Below are positions 1 through 8,800 of a stretch of DNA of 46,115 nt, in pieces. How positions within the stretch are numbered: the first letter of the stretch is position 1; each line of letters opens with the position of its first letter. This stretch comes from Bacteroidales bacterium (GTDB taxonomy: Bacteria; Bacteroidota; Bacteroidia; Bacteroidales; M50B96). The stretch is taken from the NCBI GenBank assembly GCA_041584015.1, contig JBFHES010000003.1, positions 1-46,115 of the forward strand, written 5' to 3'. The notes under the pieces are model-generated. The model was not told where the DNA came from. It ran no database searches and saw nothing but the letters and a program-made list of their open reading frames with translations. Position numbers and translations under genes: made by a program.

Positions 1-602
1 GCATACGTAATGGCAGGAACATTTAGGAAAATTACAGCAATATATTTCAGCCATTTCCTTTGTAATCCACTTTTCTTTATTTGCCTTATTATATAAATAT
101 TGAAAACTGGAACACAAAGAGCTACTAGCCCAAAAAGCCAAAACATGGTCATTGATGGTATAGGATATTTTACATCCAGTGTATTAATATTTAGGATTTT
201 TCCTGATGCGTCATCAAATAGGACTTTGAAAACCCCAAATTCTTCATCATTTAGGAATTCAACCAATACAAGTGTTGCATTTGGAGGTGTGCTTTCTCCT
301 TCGATGGTGGAATATTTCTTTTCAGCAGACATGAACCTGTACTTTAGATCCGTCCCGAAGTTTTCTACAATAACCGCTCTAAATTGCCTCAAACCTGCTA
401 TCATGCTGTCAATATTTGTCTCGTTGGCAGATTCATGCTCCATTGCCAGATAATCAACACATTTGTCGTAATCTTCACTAAGCATTGTTTCAACAAATAC
501 TTTTGTTGTGTCTTTATATTCAAAAGAATGCCTGATGATGTCACAACGCGAAAACACTAAAACTGTTAAAACAATTATGAATATTTGTTTTGTGCTAATC
601 AT
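1..602 (-). CDS. Hypothetical membrane protein, possibly a lipoprotein; runs off the left edge of the window (C-terminus missing)
   Basis: ATG at 602-600 and an open frame to position 1: MISTKQIFIIVLTVLVFSRCDIIRHSFEY...MTMFWLFGLVALCVPVFNIYII...KWLKYIAVIFLNVPAITY. It has a hydrophobic leader ending in Cys, later TM-like segments and a TACCTTTG promoter at 642-635. Absent from the ORF track because no stop lies in the window. Confidence 0.8.
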   Translation of the reverse strand, partial: MISTKQIFIIVLTVLVFSRCDIIRHSFEYKDTTKVFVETMLSEDYDKCVDYLAMEHESANETNIDSMIAGLRQFRAVIVENFGTDLKYRFMSAEKKYSTIEGESTPPNATLVLVEFLNDEEFGVFKVLFDDASGKILNINTLDVKYPIPSMTMFWLFGLVALCVPVFNIYIIRQIKKSGLQRKWLKYIAVIFLNVPAITY

Positions 603-634
603 TGGTTTCTTTTTTGATTTTAGATAGCGATTAA

Positions 635-642
635 CAAAGGTA
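635..642 (-). promoter_or_regulatory. Bacteroidota primary-sigma -7 element (TACCTTTG) for the 1..602 gene
   Basis: Exact TAnnTTTG match about 30 nt upstream of the ATG. Confidence 0.6.
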
Positions 643-710
643 GATGATTAGAAACATCTATTCTATGTTCTTTAATAGCACAACGCTTCTAATGCTGGAT
701 TTAGCACAAT

Positions 711-759
711 AAAAAAAAACCGGAAGCTGCATCAGTTAAATGACACAGTCTACCGGTTT
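711..759 (-). terminator. Intrinsic terminator downstream of pyrI
   Basis: AAACCGG...CCGGTTT stem with a long, partly paired loop, followed by a T9 run on the minus strand just after the pyrI stop. Confidence 0.55.
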
Positions 760-785
760 ATATAAACAAGTAAAAATTAGTCTGG

Positions 786-1244
786 TTATAAAATCACCAT
801 GTGATCGCTATCTGTTATTTTCTCACAATAGTGACATTTTAAGGCAATTCCGTTCTCTTTCTCAACGGTAAATTTGGTGGTAATATTCTGATCGTTGGTA
901 ATACACTTCGGATTCATGCATTTTGCAATACCCACAACTCTTTCAGGAACTTCCACACGTTTCTTCTCTACTACCTTGTAATCCTTTATAATATTAAGTT
1001 TGGCAGCCGGAGCAGCCAATGCAATTTTATTAATCTCATGATCCTCAAAAAACTTATCGCTAATTTTAATAATAGCTTTCAGCCCTAGCAACTTGCTTTC
1101 AAGGTTGTTCCCGAATGTTTGATGATTATCCATCTTATCCAATCCTAAAATTGAAATAACATTGAATAACGCATTAGCCGGAATATGATCGATTACGGTA
1201 CCATCCTTAATGGCACTTACTTTTAATTCTTTAGCATCTTTCAT
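786..1244 (-). CDS. pyrI: Aspartate carbamoyltransferase regulatory chain
   Basis: Motif LKVSAIKDGTVIDHI and Zn ligands CMNPKC...CHYCE; lies directly after pyrB. Start moved to ATG 1244 (MKDAKELK) because the longer ORF overlaps pyrB. Confidence 0.97.
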   Translation of the reverse strand: MKDAKELKVSAIKDGTVIDHIPANALFNVISILGLDKMDNHQTFGNNLESKLLGLKAIIKISDKFFEDHEINKIALAAPAAKLNIIKDYKVVEKKRVEVPERVVGIAKCMNPKCITNDQNITTKFTVEKENGIALKCHYCEKITDSDHMVIL

Positions 1245-1275
1245 TTCTACTGCATTTAAAAATTCAATTTCACAA

Positions 1276-2187
1276 TTAGCTTTTAACACCAAGTATAGCA
1301 GACATAATAGCCATTCTGGTGTAAACACCATTTAAAGCTTGCTCGAAATAATAAGCCTTTGGATTGCTGTCAACATCTTCGTTAATTTCATTCACTCTTG
1401 GCAATGGATGAAGCACGCGCATGTTTTCTTTTGTATTTTCTAACATACTATTGCGCAGCACATACACATTTTTCACTTTCTCGTACTCAATAGGATCTGA
1501 GAAACGCTCGCGCTGTACACGTGTCATGTACACAATATCTGCATCACTAATGTACTCAGTAAAGTCTGTGTGTTCGTAGTATTTAATTCCTAGCTGATCG
1601 AGATAAACCTTATAATCATCCGGCATTTTAAGCTCTTCTGGCGAGATAAAATTAAAGGTTGGATTAAAGTGCGTCAGCGCCATCATTAATGAATGCACTG
1701 TTCGTCCGTACTTTAGATCACCCACCATAAAAATGTTCAGATTATCCAAGGTGCCCTGTGTTTTTTTAATTGAATACAGGTCGAGCAATGTTTGTGTTGG
1801 ATGCTGGTTAGCACCGTCACCTGCATTAATTATAGGTACTGGAGAAACTTCACTGGCAAATCTGGCCGATCCTTCAATAGGGTGACGCATGATGATTAAA
1901 TCACTATAATTTGCAACTGTAAGGATCGTATCTTTCAACGATTCACCTTTTTTAACACTAGAAGTACCTGCCTCTGAAAAGCCAATTACTCTGCCTCCTA
2001 ACCTATTTATCGCACTCTCAAAACTTAAGCGAGTACGTGTTGAAGGTTCGAAAAACAATGAAGCAATTACATATCCATCCAATATTCGTTGATGTATATT
2101 TTCTTCAAAATCAGCTGCAAGCTCTAAAATTTTAAGGATTTGTTCTTTGGAGTAATCCTGAATAGAAACCAGACTCTTGTTTTTCAT
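1276..2187 (-). CDS. pyrB: Aspartate carbamoyltransferase catalytic chain
   Basis: Motifs [27 protein letters not shown] and HPLPR. Confidence 0.98.
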   Translation of the reverse strand: MKNKSLVSIQDYSKEQILKILELAADFEENIHQRILDGYVIASLFFEPSTRTRLSFESAINRLGGRVIGFSEAGTSSVKKGESLKDTILTVANYSDLIIMRHPIEGSARFASEVSPVPIINAGDGANQHPTQTLLDLYSIKKTQGTLDNLNIFMVGDLKYGRTVHSLMMALTHFNPTFNFISPEELKMPDDYKVYLDQLGIKYYEHTDFTEYISDADIVYMTRVQRERFSDPIEYEKVKNVYVLRNSMLENTKENMRVLHPLPRVNEINEDVDSNPKAYYFEQALNGVYTRMAIMSAILGVKS

Positions 2188-2332
2188 TTAATAGATCGTT
2201 TATTAAACACTAAAATCTGTTAAAAATAAAACAAAATATCCGACCCATTTTTACAAGTTTTCCATAATTATTAACACTTGCAATAATCGGCTCATATTAT
2301 GGCAATCCCTTTTTGATTTTAAGCTGAATAGC

Positions 2333-2340
2333 TATATTTG
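2333..2340 (+). promoter_or_regulatory. -7 promoter element (TATATTTG) for recG
   Basis: TAnnTTTG consensus 17 nt before the TTG start, with a TTTG upstream. Confidence 0.6.
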
Positions 2341-2357
2341 ACTAATAATAGCAAGCT

Positions 2358-4454
2358 TTGAAACTCAATACAGAAATAACCTATTTAAGCGGAGTTGGCC
2401 CTAAAAAGGCCGAACTACTCCAGAAGGAACTGAACATCTTTTATTTCAAGGATTTACTTTACTACTTTCCGTATAAATATATCGACCGATCAAAGTTTTA
2501 TAAGATTAACGAGGTAAGTTCAACAAGCTCTCATATTCAAATAAGAGGAAAAATTGTAAGATTCGAAAGTATTGGTCCGGCTCGAAAGCAGCGCTTTGTT
2601 GCTTATTTTACCGATGGTTCTCAAACCATTGAGTTGGTCTGGTTTAAGGGGATAAAATGGGTTAAGGAACGACTAAAGCCGGGCATAGAGTATGTGGTGT
2701 TTGGCAAGCCCAGCATTTTTAATAAGAAGCTAAACTTTATTCATCCTGACATTGAAATATACAAGAAAGATCAGTTTATAGAATTAAAACTGGAGCCATA
2801 TTACAGCACGACTGAAAAGCTCAAGAATAACTTTCTTACTTCCAAAGCAATTCAAAAACTACAACTCACTTTATTAAAAGTATTAAGCAATGATTTGAAT
2901 GAATCGCTGCCTGATTACCTTACCAGCAAGCTAAAGTTGCTCGATTTGAAGAAAGCTTTAATCAATATCCATTTCCCGGAAAACAATCAGCTTTTAGAGA
3001 GAGCAGTATTCAGGTTAAAATTCGAAGAACTGTTCATCATACAGCTGAACCTGTTAAAAACAAAAAACCTGAGACAATCAAAAGTTAAGGGTTTTGTATT
3101 TCCTAAAGTTGGTGCATATCTGAATACCTTCTATGAACAGAATCTGCCATTTGAATTAACCAATGCGCAAAAGCGGGTGGTAAAAGAAATTCGTCAGGAT
3201 ATTGGAGCGGGTCGGCAAATGAACAGATTGCTGCAAGGTGATGTTGGAAGCGGTAAAACGCTGGTTGGTTTAATGAGCATGTTAATTGCCCTTGATAATA
3301 ATTTTCAAACCTGCCTGATGGCGCCAACGGAAATACTGGCAAATCAACATTTCGTATCGGTTTCTAAGTTCCTGAAAAACCTTGGTGTTACTATTCAATT
3401 GCTTACGGGTTCAACCAGAAAAGCACAACGCGAAAAAATTCATGCCGCCTTACTTTCCGGCGAGCTTCAAATATTAATTGGCACACACGCTTTAATAGAA
3501 GATGTTGTACAATTTAAAAACCTGGGGCTGGTTGTCATTGACGAACAACATCGGTTTGGAGTAGCGCAACGCGCCAAACTCTGGAATAAAAATAGTCAGC
3601 CACCGCATATTCTGGTAATGACGGCTACTCCTATTCCGCGCACCTTAGCAATGACCATTTATGGCGATTTGGATGTATCAGTTATTGATGAGCTACCTCC
3701 AGGTAGAAAGGCCATTCAAACAAAGCATTTGTACGATTCTAAACGTCTTGAATTATTTGGTTTCTTAAAACGACAGATTAATGAAGGCAGACAGATATAT
3801 ATCGTGTATCCGCTCATATCTGAATCAGAGAAATTAGATTATAAAGATCTAAGCGATGGTTATGAAAGCATCGTAAGAGCTTTCCCTATGCCGGAATATC
3901 ACGTAAGTATTGTACATGGTAAAATGAAGGCCAAAGACAAAGAGCTAGAGATGCAACGTTTCGTGAAAGGCGAAACCAACATCATGGTTGCTACCACTGT
4001 TATCGAGGTGGGTGTTGATGTACCAAACGCATCGGTAATGGTAATTGAGAGCGCAGAGCGATTCGGCTTATCGCAATTGCATCAGCTAAGAGGACGCGTA
4101 GGAAGAGGTGCTAATCAATCATATTGTGTACTTATGACGTCATTTAAACTATCGGCAGAAGGCCGGAAGCGAATTGAAACAATGGTACAAACAACCGATG
4201 GTTTTGAAATTGCCGAAGCCGACCTGAAGCTGCGTGGACCCGGTGATTTGGGAGGAACAAAACAAAGTGGTATTGCCTTCGATCTAAAAATAGCCAGTCT
4301 GGGTAAAGACAGTCAGATTCTTCAATATGCCAGAGACATTGCAGTTTCCATTATTGAACGTGATCCGCTTTTAACAGCTCCGCCCAATGCAGGTCTTAAT
4401 AAAAGAATCGAATTAGAATTTAAAACAGAAATTGATTGGGGAATCATTAGCTAA
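2358..4454 (+). CDS. recG: ATP-dependent DNA helicase RecG
   Basis: Motifs LLQGDVGSGKT, DEQHRFGV, MTATPIPRTL, QLHQLRGRVGRG and DGFEIAEADLKLRGPG; wedge/OB domain at the N-terminus. Confidence 0.98.
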   Translation: MKLNTEITYLSGVGPKKAELLQKELNIFYFKDLLYYFPYKYIDRSKFYKINEVSSTSSHIQIRGKIVRFESIGPARKQRFVAYFTDGSQTIELVWFKGIKWVKERLKPGIEYVVFGKPSIFNKKLNFIHPDIEIYKKDQFIELKLEPYYSTTEKLKNNFLTSKAIQKLQLTLLKVLSNDLNESLPDYLTSKLKLLDLKKALINIHFPENNQLLERAVFRLKFEELFIIQLNLLKTKNLRQSKVKGFVFPKVGAYLNTFYEQNLPFELTNAQKRVVKEIRQDIGAGRQMNRLLQGDVGSGKTLVGLMSMLIALDNNFQTCLMAPTEILANQHFVSVSKFLKNLGVTIQLLTGSTRKAQREKIHAALLSGELQILIGTHALIEDVVQFKNLGLVVIDEQHRFGVAQRAKLWNKNSQPPHILVMTATPIPRTLAMTIYGDLDVSVIDELPPGRKAIQTKHLYDSKRLELFGFLKRQINEGRQIYIVYPLISESEKLDYKDLSDGYESIVRAFPMPEYHVSIVHGKMKAKDKELEMQRFVKGETNIMVATTVIEVGVDVPNASVMVIESAERFGLSQLHQLRGRVGRGANQSYCVLMTSFKLSAEGRKRIETMVQTTDGFEIAEADLKLRGPGDLGGTKQSGIAFDLKIASLGKDSQILQYARDIAVSIIERDPLLTAPPNAGLNKRIELEFKTEIDWGIIS

Positions 4455-4521
4455 TTAGTAGCTTTAAAAGCAAGAATGCCATTGGTCTGGCAGATATATT
4501 AATCAGGTTAAACTAGCAGGT

Positions 4522-7188
4522 ATGATACTATCAACTGATATTTTAAACTACAAGCTAAAAGGCTATTTCATAAATTACCGCACCTTAAAATACTTCTTAA
4601 ATAAATACAACGGTATTGATGACAAAGAGATATGCGCATTTCAAGCGCCATTGCTGGAATATCAGCTGGCGGGATTTGAAAAGCAAACCATAGAGCTTGA
4701 TTTTGCTGACATACATCTACTAAATGGACTTTCGGATGATGCGCGCTTAGATCATGTCACACATTGCATCAACGCTTCGATAAATGATCCCATAGCACTA
4801 GAGGTTTTAAAACAAGAGCGAGCTCGTTTTTACACGAACTGCGAAAACCAATTTAAGGAGAATATCCTAATCGAATCAGATTGTGTTGTTCCATCTTCAA
4901 CAAGTAAGAAATACAGCATTCATCAGGTTAGCCATAAAGGTGCCAGCTTGTTAGAACTTACGCAAGAAGGATACCCGGTTCCTGATTTCTGCATTCTCAC
5001 TTCAAATACCTATAAACTGGACAGGACAGAGCGCAACAAGCATGTTTTATCAGCCATAAAAAACCTGGAAGCTCTAACAGGTCAACAGCTTGGATCGATT
5101 CAATCGCCGCTGGTGTTCGCTATGCGCTGCGCTACCAGCAAATATATTCCGGGATTGATGCCTACCTATTTAAATGTGGGAGTCACACAAGATACTTTTC
5201 TTGCACTCAAAGAACAATATGGCTATCATGTGGCAAGTAAAATTTATCTATACAACCTTCAAACACTTTACCATTTATTGTATCCAGAGCTTGCTCCACC
5301 AATATTCTCCGACAATGTTTCAAAATATTCATTTCGGGATGTATATAGTAGAATACAGTTTTACTATGGAGAAATTGAGAAAAAGGACCGACAGCTGCTG
5401 ACTGATGCGGTTTACCAAATCTTCTTTCTAATAGATGAAGTGCATCGATTTTACGTAAAAAACACCGATTTACTTCATAGTTTATTCATAAGAGACAAAA
5501 GCTATCCATCATTCATTTTGCAAAAAATGGTTTGGACGGTGCGTGATAAAAACTCCTATCCGGGAGTGCTTTATAGTGCACACTCTAAGACTGGCATTGG
5601 CAGACAAATTGAGAGTTATCCTCAGATATTTGGTGAAGAGATTATGACAGGAGCTATTGAGGCAAATGACCTTGCGTTTAATGAAGCTGATGAATTAATT
5701 GAAGCCTTTCCAGCAATTCACCATTTCCTCCCAAGGTTAGAACATCTTGAAAAGAAGTTGCAGTCGCCGGTTACTGTGGAGTTTGCAGCAGAATCCTATA
5801 AGGAGATACACTACTTTGCATTGCTGCAATTAAATGCCTCAGAGCTCACCGGAAGAGCTACCCTCCTTTCAGCAATCAACCTGCTCAGAAATAAGGTCAT
5901 TCGAAAAGAGCGTGTATTGTCCTTGGTCCATCCTTATCATAAACGCCAGATTTTCTCGGAAAGCATTGATGACGGCTCGCTAGACGAATTGCAATTTTTC
6001 AGCAGCGGAGTTTCTGTGCTACCCAGACTAGCTGTTTCATGTCAGGTTTTCTTTAGCGCAGAAAAAGCAATTGAAGCAAAAAAAACGGGCGCAAATGTGT
6101 GCTTATGTAAAGATCAATTTGTTCCGGCCGACACAATGGTTATGAGTGAGATTGATGCAATTCTCAGTTTAAATCCAGCGGCTATTCACGTGGTGACCGC
6201 TTGCCTAAGCTACGGAGTGCCTGCATTTTTAAACCTTGAAGATTATCACGTAAAACTCGAAAACAACCAGCTTAAGAATAGTAAAGGTTTGTGCATTAAT
6301 GAGGGCGACTGGATTACCATATCGAGTAAATATCAAACCATTTATCTTGGCAAAGCACGTTTTATTCCAGCCCGATTTGAACGATACCTCAAAGGTGAAT
6401 TAATAAAGCTGTCCGAAGAAGATGAGCTCCTTTTTATCAGAATGGCAGCTGCCTATAAAGAATATACAGAGATTATTAAAAGTCTTGCCACATCGGACAT
6501 TACGAACTTAAAAGATCTGATTAAGGTGATAAGGACGGATTTAAAAAACGAACCGGTTAAGGCCGCCAAATTCATGAATTCCTGGTACGACACAAACCGC
6601 GTTTACTATATTACTCAGGTAATGTTAAGCGGGTTAGGAATGCACAAAGACCAATCGGAGCTGTATAATTTGTTAAGCACTGAACGGAAAATAGACTTTT
6701 TCAAAAAAGCCATAGAACAATGTGCTACCAGTAATTTGGCCGGATTTAAGGCAGGTGCATTTATGCTTGGGAGGTTCTTGGCTGTGCCACATCCAGTTGC
6801 ATTCTGGAGAGCATTTTATAGCACGGAACTAATTTATATGCTTAACGAAATACTCCTTCATGAAAAATACCAGCAGCTTTTATATGATGTTGGAGAACGA
6901 AACCTTAGCCGAGCGAAAAGCACTATTCTCACAGATGGACTTGGTGATGTGAACCTAAACCCTGGAATGTTGAAAAAACTTGTTTCGCTAAAACTCAGCA
7001 AACCAGACTGGCATAACCTAAATTCATTAAGTATAAAACAGGCAGATAAACAATTACAGGAATACCTCACCCTACTGCAGCAACCCTATTCTGAGTTTTT
7101 TGATTATGAAAAACCCTGGTCTATCAGCACACTACAGCGTATTTGTAAAGAAGAAAACCTAGAAATACCAATGGCATCAACCTACTAA
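4522..7188 (+). CDS. Divergent pyruvate,phosphate dikinase-like protein (ATP-grasp + phospho-His swivel domain, no PEP/pyruvate-binding barrel)
   Basis: Collinear PPDK-like blocks: HKGASLLELTQEGYPVPDFCIL, PLVFAMRC...IPGLMPTYLNVG, LQKMVW...GVLYS...FGEEIMTG, VEF...LLQ, DAILSLNPAAIHVVTACLSYGVP and EGDWITI. The C-terminal ~270 aa lack PPDK C-domain motifs. Confidence 0.8.
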   Translation: MILSTDILNYKLKGYFINYRTLKYFLNKYNGIDDKEICAFQAPLLEYQLAGFEKQTIELDFADIHLLNGLSDDARLDHVTHCINASINDPIALEVLKQERARFYTNCENQFKENILIESDCVVPSSTSKKYSIHQVSHKGASLLELTQEGYPVPDFCILTSNTYKLDRTERNKHVLSAIKNLEALTGQQLGSIQSPLVFAMRCATSKYIPGLMPTYLNVGVTQDTFLALKEQYGYHVASKIYLYNLQTLYHLLYPELAPPIFSDNVSKYSFRDVYSRIQFYYGEIEKKDRQLLTDAVYQIFFLIDEVHRFYVKNTDLLHSLFIRDKSYPSFILQKMVWTVRDKNSYPGVLYSAHSKTGIGRQIESYPQIFGEEIMTGAIEANDLAFNEADELIEAFPAIHHFLPRLEHLEKKLQSPVTVEFAAESYKEIHYFALLQLNASELTGRATLLSAINLLRNKVIRKERVLSLVHPYHKRQIFSESIDDGSLDELQFFSSGVSVLPRLAVSCQVFFSAEKAIEAKKTGANVCLCKDQFVPADTMVMSEIDAILSLNPAAIHVVTACLSYGVPAFLNLEDYHVKLENNQLKNSKGLCINEGDWITISSKYQTIYLGKARFIPARFERYLKGELIKLSEEDELLFIRMAAAYKEYTEIIKSLATSDITNLKDLIKVIRTDLKNEPVKAAKFMNSWYDTNRVYYITQVMLSGLGMHKDQSELYNLLSTERKIDFFKKAIEQCATSNLAGFKAGAFMLGRFLAVPHPVAFWRAFYSTELIYMLNEILLHEKYQQLLYDVGERNLSRAKSTILTDGLGDVNLNPGMLKKLVSLKLSKPDWHNLNSLSIKQADKQLQEYLTLLQQPYSEFFDYEKPWSISTLQRICKEENLEIPMASTY

Positions 7189-7266
7189 TAATGAAACTAA
7201 CGAATTAGCTTCAATAAGTTTAAAACAGGCTTACAGCTAACTGCTTTGATAAATAAGCTGTTCACG

Positions 7267-8022
7267 TTACTCGATAGCCTGATTAAATGCATCAACAAAG
7301 CGTTCTAATTTTTGCTCTTTATTGATGAACGAATTAGTGTTTTTTAATGATCCGTACATATTTCTATATACGAAATATGCATTATGTGAAATAGCAGTAA
7401 CAAAGCCAGCTCCATAGCTACCATCAGTACCCGGGACCGCTCCTGGCTCCATTTTATCTCCATTATGCAGATCAATGTTAACATACAAATAATTGGAATC
7501 AAGCTCGTTGTTGTAAATGGTGTAAGTATTTACTGTACTATCGAGCCAAATGGTTGAATATTCATCAGATTCAATTTCAAGCGATTGAAAATCACAAGGC
7601 ACTACTGGCCAGGTAAATTCATATTCCGAAGCATACGGAACATAAGTTACATTATTGTCTTCGTTGAGTGGAAATCCGTTGCAATCAACCCCGCTAAGGT
7701 TTTGAGGAATTTTAATATTGCCTGAAGTTGTTTTACCATCGCAACTAACATTATAATAAATCATACTGGAATACGGTATCTCAACCCATGCACTCAGGGA
7801 GCTTTCCATGTTAAATTTGTTAATTACTTCGCCATTAATTTCTACCTCTGGAATTTCCGATAGATTATTAGTTGTAAAGAACACATCGATGTAATTTTGG
7901 CCATAGGCACCAGAATAATTAAACTCGAGTCCAAAAATGGTATCATTTTGCTCTTCCTCGTTTATCACCTTACAGCCATTAAATGCAAGCGCAAGCATAA
8001 TTAAGGCAAAAACAGTTTTCAT
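7267..8022 (-). CDS. Hypothetical lipoprotein
   Basis: Start moved to ATG 8022: MKTVFALIMLALAFNGC (lipobox), then an acidic stretch resembling the Bacteroidota lipoprotein export signal and a beta-rich body. A promoter-like TATCTTCG lies at 8098-8091. Confidence 0.75.
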   Translation of the reverse strand: MKTVFALIMLALAFNGCKVINEEEQNDTIFGLEFNYSGAYGQNYIDVFFTTNNLSEIPEVEINGEVINKFNMESSLSAWVEIPYSSMIYYNVSCDGKTTSGNIKIPQNLSGVDCNGFPLNEDNNVTYVPYASEYEFTWPVVPCDFQSLEIESDEYSTIWLDSTVNTYTIYNNELDSNYLYVNIDLHNGDKMEPGAVPGTDGSYGAGFVTAISHNAYFVYRNMYGSLKNTNSFINKEQKLERFVDAFNQAIE

Positions 8023-8183
8023 AGTGTAGGTTCTATTTTTCAGGTATTTCATTTCTGTTAGACTAGCTTCAATTTCATTATAATTTATAGCGAAGATAAT
8101 AGTATCGGTGTAGAAAGCCAACTTAATATCTGCTAGAAATAGGTTTTAAAATCAGCGATAATCCAAACGACTGACTCGCTAAA

Positions 8184-8224
8184 ACAAAAAGAACCCAACA
8201 TAAAATATGTTGGGTTCTTTTTGT
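8184..8224. terminator. Perfect 19-bp inverted repeat, intrinsic terminator
   Basis: ACAAAAAGAACCCAACATA-aaa-TATGTTGGGTTCTTTTTGT, with a T-run on both strands. Confidence 0.85.
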
Positions 8225-8305
8225 AGTTCCGATACCGCCGGATGGTCTCCGGCGGCTTCCTTTCGGAACTACGAAACGGGTGTTTAATCCTGTAATTTGC
8301 AATAA
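8184..8305 (-). ncRNA. Candidate structured small RNA, unknown family
   Basis: GC-rich two-stem hairpin (8223-8272) between an ECF-like promoter (8334-8311) and a terminator; no credible ORF. Confidence 0.35.
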
Positions 8306-8339
8306 TCTTTACGCGAATACATGTATAATGTTTCACATA

Positions 8340-8789
8340 TCAATCATTCATATTCGTTTTATGTTCTTCTATTACTTCTTCAAGAATATTTACAACCTCG
8401 CCCACAAGGATGGTACAAGGTTTAAAGTGCTTAATTCCTGTGGCTCCACTAATTCTTCGCTCTATTTCCTTTTTATGTTGATAGTGCATGAGTACACTGC
8501 ATGATAGATCGCCTAACTCATTATAAGTTCTCATAATGAGCTTTGCTGTTAATTCTTGCTTTTCTTCGCTTGTGAAATTATCCTTGTGGTTATCAATCAC
8601 TTTTAAAGCTCCAACAACGGCACCACATGCTCTCCTATCGCCCAATATTTTATATAGGGCTTCGGTTAATTTTAGTGGTGAATTATTATCAATTCCGTAG
8701 GTGCTCGAAACTGCCATATGGCAGCTCATACCTTCGTGGTATGACTTCACACTTTTAACAACTTTTACTGGCAATTCTTGCATAACCAT
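8340..8789 (-). CDS. C_GCAxxG_C_C family putative redox-active protein
   Basis: Four spaced Cys in family context: MSCHMAV, ACGAVVGA, GDLSCSVL, PCTILV; ~150 aa. Confidence 0.75.
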   Translation of the reverse strand: MVMQELPVKVVKSVKSYHEGMSCHMAVSSTYGIDNNSPLKLTEALYKILGDRRACGAVVGALKVIDNHKDNFTSEEKQELTAKLIMRTYNELGDLSCSVLMHYQHKKEIERRISGATGIKHFKPCTILVGEVVNILEEVIEEHKTNMND

Positions 8790-8800
8790 TGTTTAGCCTG

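Noticed and set aside
100-453. 117-aa + strand ORF in the track
   Set aside because: Antisense shadow of the longer minus-strand gene 1..602, which has a promoter and a signal peptide.
1245-1331. N-terminal extension of pyrI overlapping pyrB
   Set aside because: Family similarity starts at MKDAKELK (1244); the extension is an alternative-start artefact.
4522-7188. Calling this gene ppdK or a pseudogene
   Set aside because: It has no pyruvate-binding domain, so it is not a true PpdK. The frame is intact for 888 aa with key residues retained, so decay is not evident.
8250-8272. SRP (4.5S) RNA call from TAGTTCCGAAAGGAAGCCGCC resembling helix 8
   Set aside because: The mismatches fall on conserved loop positions (CAGG reads TAGT, AGCAG reads AGCCG) and a stronger competing stem exists. 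Left as an unknown sRNA pending an Rfam scan.
8133-8504. Small ORFs 8133..8336 (-) and 8280..8504 (+)
   Set aside because: The first runs through a perfect terminator and the second is antisense to a real gene; neither looks protein-like.
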